NCBI GenBank assembly: GCA_963662315.1
Contig: OY759353.1
Span: 3,296,001-3,360,000 of the forward strand
Direction of reading: 5' to 3'
Length of the DNA: 64,000 nt
Source of the DNA: Geopsychrobacteraceae bacterium
GTDB lineage: Bacteria > Desulfobacterota > Desulfuromonadia > Desulfuromonadales > Geopsychrobacteraceae
The notes below the pieces were generated by a model that saw only the letters and a list, made by a program, of their open reading frames with translations, was not told the DNA's origin and did no database searches. The stretch's first letter is position 1; every line of letters starts with the position of its first letter. Positions 48,070 through 57,654 of this stretch are shown here, piece after piece. Both the position numbers and the translations under genes were made by a program.

Positions 48070-51000
48070 ATGGGGCACTTGGAAGTCCAGTTTGAAACCA
48101 TGAAACCGATCTCCGATCCAACCAGTTCCAATCAGTCATCGGAAGCCTATCGCAAAATTGATCTCTACAGTCAAAAGAATGGTAAGAAAAAGCTGTACCT
48201 GCGCATTCTCGATCCACAATCAAAGGTAAACACCTATAATATTCTTGCCGGATACACAACCCCCTACAAACGAGACGAGCTTGAAGACAAAATTCTCGAT
48301 AATATTCTTGTCCCTGCAATGTTTCGTTGCTATGCAACACCCGATCGCAACCCAGCTATGGCTACCAATCCGGGAAAAGGTTGGATATACATCATTCGCA
48401 CCTTTAAAGACTGTGATGGTTCTGATACGACGGAACTGTGGCGTGAATTAAAAAGTTTAGGAACCGGCAGCTATCAAGATGTCAATCTCATTGAAAATCT
48501 GGGAACAGATGAGAATCAGATTTTAAGAAAAGACACCGAGCATCGCGAAGCAACATGCCAGCCAGCCTTTCGTGTTTTACTCCCCTACAAGGTCAACAAA
48601 GACCCCCAACAACTGTGGATTGCCTACTCTGAAGTTCAGTGGAGTTTAGCACGGATTCAGCAGATGCTCGATGATGTGGACTTACGCGAAAAACGGATGC
48701 ACAGTGTTGATTTGAGTGATGCAGATGCTGATTTTGCCAACAGCAACTGCTCGTGGGTTCGGAAAAAACTGCAGCAGTTCGATTCAATCAATATCTATGA
48801 TTGGCAAGATACCTGTGGAAAACCTGCCAAACTATATAACCTGAAAACAGCGCCAGATACTGAAAGCAAAAATCTGCCTGAGAGTTTCAAAGAAGATATT
48901 CCGGTTATCTATTTAGATAACCCGGTTGGTATCGCCAAAGATTTAGCGGCAGTATATCAGAGCGCCTGCAAAGCGATGCATGAAGAAGTTGCCGTCACCT
49001 ATGCCCAGGCAGGAACAAACCAGATAGATCGCGAAAATCCCAACATGTATGACCCTTCAAATTGGGTCAAGTCTGCCATCCTTCTGAATAAATATATCCA
49101 TACCAAGCTGGGTCCTTCGCCAACAGCACAGGTTCCGGCACGCAAACAAAAGCTCAGCGAACTACAAGCTGATTACGGTGAGCAGCTTAAAATCAGATAC
49201 CAGAACCAAGATAAGTATTCAGCAGTACAAAAGCAGGAACAGGATAAAATCATTCATGATCTCAACAAAGAGATCTGTCGGTTAAAACAGGAAACAGATG
49301 TTAACTCACGTCCTTTTTTAGACGAAAACAATACCTATAAATCCCATAAAGACCATCTCCAGCGAGTCCGCGATGCTATAGACCCAAAACGTCTGGAGAG
49401 AGCGCTGTATAAAGAGCAGCGTATTCCGCTCAGGGAGGACATTCTAACCACCCGTAAACAGCTGGTCAATTTTCTGCAACATGAATTAGCAACAGCCGAT
49501 GACACTCCAATGCTGTTGGCACTGGATGATCACTTCACCCTGCCAACTTTTTATCCGACCAATATGGTCGTTAAGGAAATTGCCAATAAACTGGCAGCGG
49601 TGGATGATCCTAACGCAAAACCAAACACTCTAAAACCAGAACGGGTCTGGCCCAACTGGAAAATTGATGCCTGGGCCACTATGGCAGGTATTTTAGGTTG
49701 GCTCGACAAGCATGAGTATACCTTCGATCATGAAATGGAAGCAGACTACGATGCCTGGAAGCTGCGTTTTGAAGGTGAAGGGTGTGAATTATTGCGCAAA
49801 CTGCATGACCCAGAGTTTGGTTATGCTGTTCATAAACGCCTCTTCCCTAAGGCAGGTAGCGATCCCCTGAGCCCGGCAGATCAAGGGAACGATCCGGCAT
49901 TTTACCAATTATTCCAATTTGTTCCTGCTGTCGACCTGACAGATCAGGATAAAAAGCTCCTTATTGAGGAGACGATGGCTCAGATGCGGAATTTTCTAAA
50001 GCAGTTCATAGAAATTTACGCCATGAAAAATAACAGCACCAAAGGAAAGCAGGTTAACTTCCCCGATTATGCATCCAGTATCAAGCGTATCGAACAATGC
50101 CAGGCGCGGATTTTTACCGATATCACTCAGATTCCCCTCACCGAGGAAGTTGTTGATATCCATACCTACTCAACCTATATAGGCAGTGATTCCTTCGCAC
50201 AATTCCGTAAGTTTTTCATTATGGGTGGTAAATACTGGGATAAAGCCCTGGACAATGCTACCGAAGAAGCAAAAAAAGGAATTAAAGTTGCAGTAAAAAC
50301 CGGTAGTAACAAACAAGCTATTGCCGATTTTGAGGCACGAATCAACGCGTCAGAAATCACCAAAGCCGCCGGAACCGGGTTGCTGACCATTATCGAAATC
50401 GTCAATGTCAAAAATTCCTTACAGGCCTTTTTTGATGCTGATGAACAAAACCAGGATTTCTATCACCTGTTTGATTTGATCGATAGTAGTTTGAGTTTGT
50501 TTGGGACGGTTGGGGATCTTAAACAAACGTTTGCTACTGCAGCAGCATCAGTTGGAAGAAGACATACAGTAGTTGCTCGCGAAGGAGCCGCTGCAATCAA
50601 AGGCTCTCTCGGATATAGTATCGCAGGTTTTGCCAGCACTGCCATGGACGTCTGCTTTGCCCTCGACCATATGTTTGACAATATCCGCCAAGGGGATGAC
50701 AGTTATAATGCCCATATGGTTATTGCCTGTGGTGGCTTTTTGTCATTGCTGGGTGCAGAATCTGCTATGGCAATCCTTGTTGGGGCAGAAGCAGCTGCAG
50801 CCCTTGCGCCATTAGGGTTAGTCGGTGCAACCCTTGCCTTCATTGGCTATGCGTTATTAGCGACTCTGTTTCCGGAGAAAAACGCCATAGAGCTTTGGGC
50901 CATTAATGGCCCTTTTGGTCTGGTTCCGTTTATGGGCCATGAAGCAGGAGACGATCCCCGTTTACGCCGCTCAACTGATTCTAGTCACCGGATACTAACA

Positions 51001-51768
51001 AATAGAGGGAAAAAACGAACTCTTAAAGAGACCGAAAAACAGTACCGCTACCATGTTTGGTGTGAAACAGCGGAAGAAGCCTATAAGGCAATTCTAGATG
51101 CCCTCTATCGGCCTAAAGTCAGTATTGTCCCGACTCAGCATAACTCAGAACAGCGCCTGATGGTAAAAATCAGTGCCCCTTGGAAACCGGTAAAAAGCTA
51201 CTTAACAGTTGAATGCCGCCAGATTGAGCGCCCCTGGGTGAAAACCAAAAAGGGCTACCGAATCGTTACTGCACGCAACAAAGGTTCGTTTCAGGGGTTA
51301 CAAAAACGTAAGTCTTTGGGTATTACTGATTCGGCTACAGATTATTTTACGGATATGCAATTAGAAGAAACGGATATCACGACAATTTACTTGGAAAACC
51401 CCATCGAGTTCAATCAGGTCGATGATGTAAAGTATTTCAACCTTGGGGAATACCTTGATAAAGACGCTGATAAACCCAATAGTTACCAGATAAACTTTTT
51501 TAATCACATTCACACGGAGTTGCTCGTTAAAGTAAAACTCCATGTCACCGGAAAAACAGAATTCACCATCCCATACGAAACTATCGTTTATGATGACACA
51601 GGTGATACCATCAGCACGGAAGAGGAAACATCAGCGAAAGACAGTAAGCCCACTACCAATGATGCAGCCGATCAGCAAGAGCAGGAAAATAAAGAAAACC
51701 ATTGGTTAACCGCCCATTTCAGCGGGTTAAATCCCTACCGGGGTCATGCTGAAGATGAAGAAAATTGA
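48070..51768 (+). CDS. Putative MIX-domain (VasX-like) T6SS/polymorphic effector with a hydrophobic, possibly pore-forming segment
   Basis: GKGWIYII...LWREL...YQDVNL and LWIAYSEVQWS...REKRM resemble MIX motifs; late Gly/Ala-rich hydrophobic helices; lies between a PAAR-like gene and lipoprotein genes. Confidence 0.65.
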   Translation: MGHLEVQFETMKPISDPTSSNQSSEAYRKIDLYSQKNGKKKLYLRILDPQSKVNTYNILAGYTTPYKRDELEDKILDNILVPAMFRCYATPDRNPAMATNPGKGWIYIIRTFKDCDGSDTTELWRELKSLGTGSYQDVNLIENLGTDENQILRKDTEHREATCQPAFRVLLPYKVNKDPQQLWIAYSEVQWSLARIQQMLDDVDLREKRMHSVDLSDADADFANSNCSWVRKKLQQFDSINIYDWQDTCGKPAKLYNLKTAPDTESKNLPESFKEDIPVIYLDNPVGIAKDLAAVYQSACKAMHEEVAVTYAQAGTNQIDRENPNMYDPSNWVKSAILLNKYIHTKLGPSPTAQVPARKQKLSELQADYGEQLKIRYQNQDKYSAVQKQEQDKIIHDLNKEICRLKQETDVNSRPFLDENNTYKSHKDHLQRVRDAIDPKRLERALYKEQRIPLREDILTTRKQLVNFLQHELATADDTPMLLALDDHFTLPTFYPTNMVVKEIANKLAAVDDPNAKPNTLKPERVWPNWKIDAWATMAGILGWLDKHEYTFDHEMEADYDAWKLRFEGEGCELLRKLHDPEFGYAVHKRLFPKAGSDPLSPADQGNDPAFYQLFQFVPAVDLTDQDKKLLIEETMAQMRNFLKQFIEIYAMKNNSTKGKQVNFPDYASSIKRIEQCQARIFTDITQIPLTEEVVDIHTYSTYIGSDSFAQFRKFFIMGGKYWDKALDNATEEAKKGIKVAVKTGSNKQAIADFEARINASEITKAAGTGLLTIIEIVNVKNSLQAFFDADEQNQDFYHLFDLIDSSLSLFGTVGDLKQTFATAAASVGRRHTVVAREGAAAIKGSLGYSIAGFASTAMDVCFALDHMFDNIRQGDDSYNAHMVIACGGFLSLLGAESAMAILVGAEAAAALAPLGLVGATLAFIGYALLATLFPEKNAIELWAINGPFGLVPFMGHEAGDDPRLRRSTDSSHRILTNRGKKRTLKETEKQYRYHVWCETAEEAYKAILDALYRPKVSIVPTQHNSEQRLMVKISAPWKPVKSYLTVECRQIERPWVKTKKGYRIVTARNKGSFQGLQKRKSLGITDSATDYFTDMQLEETDITTIYLENPIEFNQVDDVKYFNLGEYLDKDADKPNSYQINFFNHIHTELLVKVKLHVTGKTEFTIPYETIVYDDTGDTISTEEETSAKDSKPTTNDAADQQEQENKENHWLTAHFSGLNPYRGHAEDEEN

Positions 51769-51782
51769 TACGAGCAATTAAA

Positions 51783-53180
51783 ATGAAAACAACAAGGACC
51801 ATTATGTTACGCAACCTACTGCTATTGACTACCTTATGCGCTTTTTTACTGCTGCCTGCCTGTTCCCAAACAGAAGATTCGAATGCCGCAGTTGACACTA
51901 CACAGAAGCAAAACAATAAGGTCACCCGAACAAAAGATACACAACAGGCTTCAGACAATAGCTACACTATCGTTTATAAAAAAATTAATGGGGAAACAAT
52001 CAAACTGATTGAAAGAAAATCATCATACCAAAAACTGACGATTAAAGATCTCCAAGAATCAGTCGAGAAAAAAGATCCAGATGCAACCTACGAGTTGGCC
52101 CGCCGATATTTAAAGGGGGAAGGAGTCATACAAGACATATCCAAAGCCCTCTCCTTATTAGATTCTGCGGTGGATCTGGGCAGTACCGAAGCGCTTAATG
52201 ATATGGCTTCTTTCTACCAGGTAGGTAATTTTGGTTACAAAAAAAATATGAACAAAGCCTTTGGACTCTTTAAGCAGGCGGCTGAAAGGGGAGATTCCCT
52301 AGCCCAATACAACACTGCGACTTGTTATTTCAATGGTTATGGTACAGATATCGATTATAAGGAGTCGTTATACTGGTCTAATACCGCTGCGGAACAGAAA
52401 GATCCTGGAGCGCTACAACTGCTAGGTAAACATTATCTACAAGGAGCCGGAGTCTCCCAAAACACAAAAAAAGCTATCAGTCTGTTCGAAGAGGCTATTG
52501 CCCTCGGCGATAGTACTGCCTACGCTGAACTAGGACATCTATACGCTGAAGGAAAATTAGTCAAACAGAACCTTGATAAAGCCATTTCCCTTTTCAATAA
52601 AGGTGTTGCAGCTGGAGAACCAAACAGTATAGGGCAATTAGGTTATTTATACTCCAAAGGAAAAGGGGTTCCTAAAAACATCGCTAAGGGGCTAGAATAC
52701 ACCCGTAAAGCTGCACAAATGGGAATTCCCTTCGCACAAAATAATTTAGGATCGGCATACTACTCTGGCCGAGGGATTAAACAAAGTGACTCCTCAGCTT
52801 TTCATTGGATCCAACTAGCCGCAGAGCAAGGATACCCAATCGCAATGGGAACTCTTGGAGGTTTTTATTTAATTCCAGTTGGAACAAAACAAGACTTAAA
52901 TAAAGCATATGAATATTCTATTAAAGCAGCAAAAAAATGTGATGCTGGGGGTATCTTCACTCTTGGACAAATGTATGAATATGGTGAAGTTGTAAAACAA
53001 AGCGCTCAAAAAGCATTTGCCCACTATTTCATTGCAAAAGAATTGGAAACTCAAGATCAAAATTTTACCGCGGCTGTCAATTCGTATCTAACTCCATTAA
53101 AGGCTAAAATGTCAGCTTCAGAAATCCAAGCTGCTGAACGTGAAATACCAAAGTTGAAAAAAGAATACGGACTACAGTAA
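51783..53180 (+). CDS. Sel1-repeat lipoprotein 1 (candidate immunity protein)
   Basis: LPAC lipobox; repeated AQxNLG..Y..G.G...A..W...AAEQG. Confidence 0.85.
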   Translation: MKTTRTIMLRNLLLLTTLCAFLLLPACSQTEDSNAAVDTTQKQNNKVTRTKDTQQASDNSYTIVYKKINGETIKLIERKSSYQKLTIKDLQESVEKKDPDATYELARRYLKGEGVIQDISKALSLLDSAVDLGSTEALNDMASFYQVGNFGYKKNMNKAFGLFKQAAERGDSLAQYNTATCYFNGYGTDIDYKESLYWSNTAAEQKDPGALQLLGKHYLQGAGVSQNTKKAISLFEEAIALGDSTAYAELGHLYAEGKLVKQNLDKAISLFNKGVAAGEPNSIGQLGYLYSKGKGVPKNIAKGLEYTRKAAQMGIPFAQNNLGSAYYSGRGIKQSDSSAFHWIQLAAEQGYPIAMGTLGGFYLIPVGTKQDLNKAYEYSIKAAKKCDAGGIFTLGQMYEYGEVVKQSAQKAFAHYFIAKELETQDQNFTAAVNSYLTPLKAKMSASEIQAAEREIPKLKKEYGLQ

Positions 53181-55474
53181 ACCATGCCCTGCAACACCTA
53201 TCGCATATGCATAATATTTTTTATCCTGTTGCTGGGAGCTTGTTCTCAGCAGCAGGATAAACCTCAAGCAATTAATAAACCAACGCCAGTAACACCAATT
53301 TCACAAGAAAGCGCAAAAAAACAACCAAGCCAGACTAGTACTTATCGTGTTGAGTACCGCACAATTAACGATCAACTTAGAAAACTGGTTGAAGTCATTA
53401 CCCCCTATATGGATTTGCCCGTAGCAGAGCTCGAAGCAAAAGCGCAACAAAAAGATGCTGATGCAACCTATGAATTGGCACGCCGCCTCATCCATGGCGA
53501 AGGAATGGCACGCAACCAATCCAAAGCACTCTCTTTGTTGGAACAAGCTGTAGATCTTGGTAGTGCTGCAGCATTGCTTGATACTGCTTCGTTTTATGAA
53601 TATGGATCTTACGGCCATCAGCGAAACCTGCAAAAAACCTTTGAGTTAACCAAAGAATCAGCAGAAAAAGGCTATGCATTGGCACAAGGGAATTTAGCCA
53701 ATTTCTATTTTATCGGCAAAGGAACGTCCATTAATTACAGTAAAGCAAAAGAATGGGCACAAAAGTCTGCAGATCAAGGCAACCCGGACGCAATGGTAAC
53801 TCTTGGGCAGATTTACGTGTATGGCCATGGCGTATCGCAAGATGTCGACAAGGGTATTCTGTTCTTTGAAGAGGCGATTAGTAAAGGTGAATACAGTGCG
53901 TACTTTGAAATGGGTCTCTTTTATTCAGCAGAAGACAGTGAACAGTTCAATATAAGTAAAGCAATTGATATTTTGCAAAAAGGTGTAGATCTTAACGAAC
54001 CAAACTCCATTGGGCAACTTGGCTACATATACCTAGAAGGGCTAGGTGGCCTTAAAAATCAAAGAAAAGGAATTGAGTATACTCAAAAAGCAGCAACACT
54101 GGGGGTGGCTTTTGCCCAATATAATTTAAGCAATGAATATTATACCGGGGAAATTTTACCAAAAGACGTTGGAAAATCAATTAAATGGTGCCTTCATGCA
54201 GCTAACCAAGGGCTCCCCAATGCTCTTAGTTCCCTAGGGCAAGCATATATTTTTGGGGAAGGCGTAAATCAAAGCTTTCAAAAAGCGTACGATTATTCCC
54301 TACTAGCTGCAAAAAGCGGGGATCCTTTAGGTATTTTTACAATTGGTCAGCTCTATGAAAATGGAAAAGTAGTCTCTCAAAGTTTTGCAAAAGCATATTC
54401 TCACTACAGCATTGTTATTGAGTTGGATAAACAAAAAGGAAAAATGGACCAAACAACGCTGACTCACTTTAACAGTGTTAAATCTCAAATGTCTCCTTCA
54501 CAAATCCAGTCAGCTGAACATGAAATACCTAAGCTGATGAAAGAATACGGTTTACAGTAAATCATGCCCTGCAGCACTTACCTCATATGCTTAATATTTT
54601 TTATCCTCTTGCTGGGAGCTTGTTCTCAACAACAGGATAAATCTCAAGCAGTTAACACTACACAGAACCAAAACAATAGTATCGCCCCCCAAAAAGGTAC
54701 GCAGCAGGCTTCCAACAAAAGCTACACTATCGTTTATAAAAAAATAAATGGGGAGATAATTAAACTGGTTGAAAGAGAATCACCATATCAACTGCTATCG
54801 ATGGAAGAGCTCCGAGAATCCGTTGAGAAAAAAGATCCAGCTGCAACCTACGAGTTGGCCCGCCGCTACTTAAAGGGGGAAGGAGTCATACAAGACATAT
54901 CCAAAGCCCTCTCCTTATTAGATTCTGCGGTGGATCTGGGCAGTACCGAAGCGCTTAATGATATGGCTTCTTTCTACCAGGTAGGTAATTTTGGTTACAA
55001 AAAAAATATGAACAAAGCCTTTGGACTCTTTAAGCAGGCGGCTGAAAGGGGAGATTCCCTAGCCCAATACAACACTGCGACTTGTTATTTCAATGGTTAT
55101 GGTACAAGTATAGATTATAAGGAGTCGTTGTACTGGTCTAATACCGCTGCGGAACAGAAAGATCCTGGAGCGCTACAACTGCTGGGTAAACATTATCTAC
55201 AAGGAGCCGGAGTCTCCCAAAACACAAAAAAAGCTATCAGTCTGTTCGAAGAGGCTATTGCCCTCGGCGATAGTACCGCCTACGCTGATCTAGGACATCT
55301 ATACGCTGAAGGAAAATTAGTCAAACAGAACCTTGATAAAGCCATTTCCCTTTTCAATAAAGGTGTTGCAGCTGGAGAACCAAACAGTATAGGGCAATTA
55401 GGTTATTTATACTCCGAAGGAAAAGGAGTCACTAAAAACACCGCTAAGGGGCTAGAATACACCCGTAAAGCTGC
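52065..55474 (+). repeat. Near-identical ~650-bp direct repeat, 52065-52714 versus 54825-55474
   Basis: Constant offset of 2760 bp; roughly 15 substitutions counted by eye. Confidence 0.9.
53184..54560 (+). CDS. Sel1-repeat lipoprotein 2
   Basis: LGAC lipobox; Sel1 repeats; C-terminus KEYGLQ as in copy 1. Confidence 0.85.
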   Translation: MPCNTYRICIIFFILLLGACSQQQDKPQAINKPTPVTPISQESAKKQPSQTSTYRVEYRTINDQLRKLVEVITPYMDLPVAELEAKAQQKDADATYELARRLIHGEGMARNQSKALSLLEQAVDLGSAAALLDTASFYEYGSYGHQRNLQKTFELTKESAEKGYALAQGNLANFYFIGKGTSINYSKAKEWAQKSADQGNPDAMVTLGQIYVYGHGVSQDVDKGILFFEEAISKGEYSAYFEMGLFYSAEDSEQFNISKAIDILQKGVDLNEPNSIGQLGYIYLEGLGGLKNQRKGIEYTQKAATLGVAFAQYNLSNEYYTGEILPKDVGKSIKWCLHAANQGLPNALSSLGQAYIFGEGVNQSFQKAYDYSLLAAKSGDPLGIFTIGQLYENGKVVSQSFAKAYSHYSIVIELDKQKGKMDQTTLTHFNSVKSQMSPSQIQSAEHEIPKLMKEYGLQ

Positions 55475-55940
55475 GCAAATGGGAGTTCCTTTTGCACAAT
55501 ACAATTTAGGGTACGCATATTTACATGGAGAAGGGGTAAAACAAAATAATTCTCAGGCTTTTAACTGGACACAAAAAGCTGCAGAGCAAGGGTACCCTTC
55601 AGCGATAGGGACACTTGGCACACATTACCTAACCTCAGTTGGGACAAAACAAAACTTAGAAAAAGCATATGAGTATTCCTTAAAAGCAGCCCAAAAAGGT
55701 AATTTCATAGGCATTTTCAACCTAGGCGAAATGTACGAATACGGAGAGATTGTCAATCAAAGTTCGTCAAAAGCCTACGCTCACTATTCCATTGCGCTAA
55801 ATTTAGCAAAAGGAGATCAAACCTCGATAAAAACTATCCGTTCTTTTTTGAATCCTTTGAGTGCCAAAATGTCCGCTTCAGAAATTCAAACAGCCGAACG
55901 GGAAATCCAAAAGTTGAAAAAAAAATACGGTTTACAGTAA
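54564..55940 (+). CDS. Sel1-repeat lipoprotein 3 (mosaic of copies 1 and 2)
   Basis: LGAC lipobox; central region nearly identical to copy 1. Confidence 0.85.
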   Translation: MPCSTYLICLIFFILLLGACSQQQDKSQAVNTTQNQNNSIAPQKGTQQASNKSYTIVYKKINGEIIKLVERESPYQLLSMEELRESVEKKDPAATYELARRYLKGEGVIQDISKALSLLDSAVDLGSTEALNDMASFYQVGNFGYKKNMNKAFGLFKQAAERGDSLAQYNTATCYFNGYGTSIDYKESLYWSNTAAEQKDPGALQLLGKHYLQGAGVSQNTKKAISLFEEAIALGDSTAYADLGHLYAEGKLVKQNLDKAISLFNKGVAAGEPNSIGQLGYLYSEGKGVTKNTAKGLEYTRKAAQMGVPFAQYNLGYAYLHGEGVKQNNSQAFNWTQKAAEQGYPSAIGTLGTHYLTSVGTKQNLEKAYEYSLKAAQKGNFIGIFNLGEMYEYGEIVNQSSSKAYAHYSIALNLAKGDQTSIKTIRSFLNPLSAKMSASEIQTAEREIQKLKKKYGLQ

Positions 55941-55978
55941 ACCATGCCATGTGCTCATCGTCATTTCTTGCCAGGTTC

Positions 55979-57424
55979 TTAATTACGAAGCATATCGAGT
56001 TGAAATGCCTGTTTCAACATCCCCTGGAACGATTTGACCACTTCCAATGCCAGGCGCAGGCGGCCTTGCTCGACGCGGTTCAATGCTTCCGGGTAGACGT
56101 GGTTGGTGATCTCGCGTCCGTTGCTCATGGCGTCGACCTGCCCCCGTAAGCGTAAAAACATCAGCAGGTTGAAACTGGCGTCAATATCGTTGAACTGTTG
56201 CTGGGCAATCAGACCGCGATCACGCAGGATAATCAATTTATCATGGGTGCTTCCTCCCATAATGCCATGACTTAACGCTAGGGTTTTAACCCCTTCGGTC
56301 AGGGCAAAGATACCGGCTTTTTTCAGGTCGAGCTGGCCCATATGGCGTGGATTCGTCTCCGTCTTGATTCGCCCGAATATGCCGAGAGGGGGCGAAAAAC
56401 GACACACATTGGCGGCCATACGAGCCAGGAAGATAGTATTTTCCTCGGCTCGCTGGATAATATGAGCGCGCAGGCGCTGTTCAAGGGATGTATTGCCACA
56501 CAGGCTGCGCATATCGGAAAACATGCTGAAGTTGAGAATGTTCTCGCTACTGGGTGACGCGATCCAGCCATCAATCGCGAATTGCCACTCGGCTAAAGAC
56601 CGGCGCCAGAAAGGATTCCTGGCCATAATACCCCCTGGACATTCAGGAACACCGATTTCTATCAGCGCCGCAATAACCTGCTGTGAAAACTCTTCAATAT
56701 CGGCCAGTTCTTCAGCCGGGGTATCATTTGCGTAGATAATGGCGTTATCCTGATCCGTTTTAAGTGTCTGCTCACGTCGCCCTTCACTTCCCAGAACCAG
56801 AAAAGCACTATTCTCACCTAGCCTGGCAAAGCGCCCCTGTTTTAGCAGCGAAATCAGCTTGTCGGACAGCTGGTCATTGACCAGCGCTATCAGGCGTACC
56901 AGTTCAGTGACCTTGACCCCGCTGCGGTAGAGAAAAACAATGAGCTGCTCACTTTCGCTGTGAATGGTTTTCAGTTCAGAAATAGACCGGGCTTCATCGA
57001 CAGCCCGCAGCAGTCTGTGCGGAGAGCGGTCCTGAAGGCGAATAATATCCGACTCATTGATCAGGCCGACCAGCGTATTGGTGGCATCGACAACTCCAAC
57101 ACGGTGAATACGGTGGCGTGACATGCAATAAAGAACTTCAAACAGGGTATCTTCTTCACGAACCGAGATAACCGGAGAGGTCATCACATCATCGACAATA
57201 AGGGTAGACGGATCAAGGCCGGCGGCAACCACCTTGCTGCGTAGATCGCGATCTGTCATTATCCCTACCGGGATGTTTTCTTTATTGCAGACAACCAGGC
57301 TTGAAATTTTTCGGTCTCTCATCAGCTGAGCAGCAATAACCACGTTGTCATCGGTCCGGCAGGTAATCAAACCACGATGGCAATAATCTTTGACCGGCAG
57401 AAAAAAGATCGATTCTTCGGGCAC
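55979..57424 (-). CDS. CBS-domain / DUF294 nucleotidyltransferase-like protein
   Basis: CBS pair (GIMTDRDLR, VMTSPV); LGSEGRREQTLKTDQDNA; LDLKKAG; GTG start after AGGGAG (57448 is an alternative start). Confidence 0.88.
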   Translation of the reverse strand: MPEESIFFLPVKDYCHRGLITCRTDDNVVIAAQLMRDRKISSLVVCNKENIPVGIMTDRDLRSKVVAAGLDPSTLIVDDVMTSPVISVREEDTLFEVLYCMSRHRIHRVGVVDATNTLVGLINESDIIRLQDRSPHRLLRAVDEARSISELKTIHSESEQLIVFLYRSGVKVTELVRLIALVNDQLSDKLISLLKQGRFARLGENSAFLVLGSEGRREQTLKTDQDNAIIYANDTPAEELADIEEFSQQVIAALIEIGVPECPGGIMARNPFWRRSLAEWQFAIDGWIASPSSENILNFSMFSDMRSLCGNTSLEQRLRAHIIQRAEENTIFLARMAANVCRFSPPLGIFGRIKTETNPRHMGQLDLKKAGIFALTEGVKTLALSHGIMGGSTHDKLIILRDRGLIAQQQFNDIDASFNLLMFLRLRGQVDAMSNGREITNHVYPEALNRVEQGRLRLALEVVKSFQGMLKQAFQLDMLRN

Positions 57425-57654
57425 GGGCAGCTCCCTTGCTGCTGTCATTGTTGACAGGGATGAGTCAATAACGGCGATGCTCGAACTTCGAGAGGGAAAA
57501 TGTGGCTCGTTTTCAGATAGTTTAACGAATTCTTCAAAAAAACGCAGTGATAATTCATTGCTCGCCCAAAATCGTAGAACCAACCAGCTGTTTCTTGTTG
57601 TGGCCGGGATATCAATGTCTTAGGCAAGGGAAGAGGCCCGCTGTCCGATAGACG

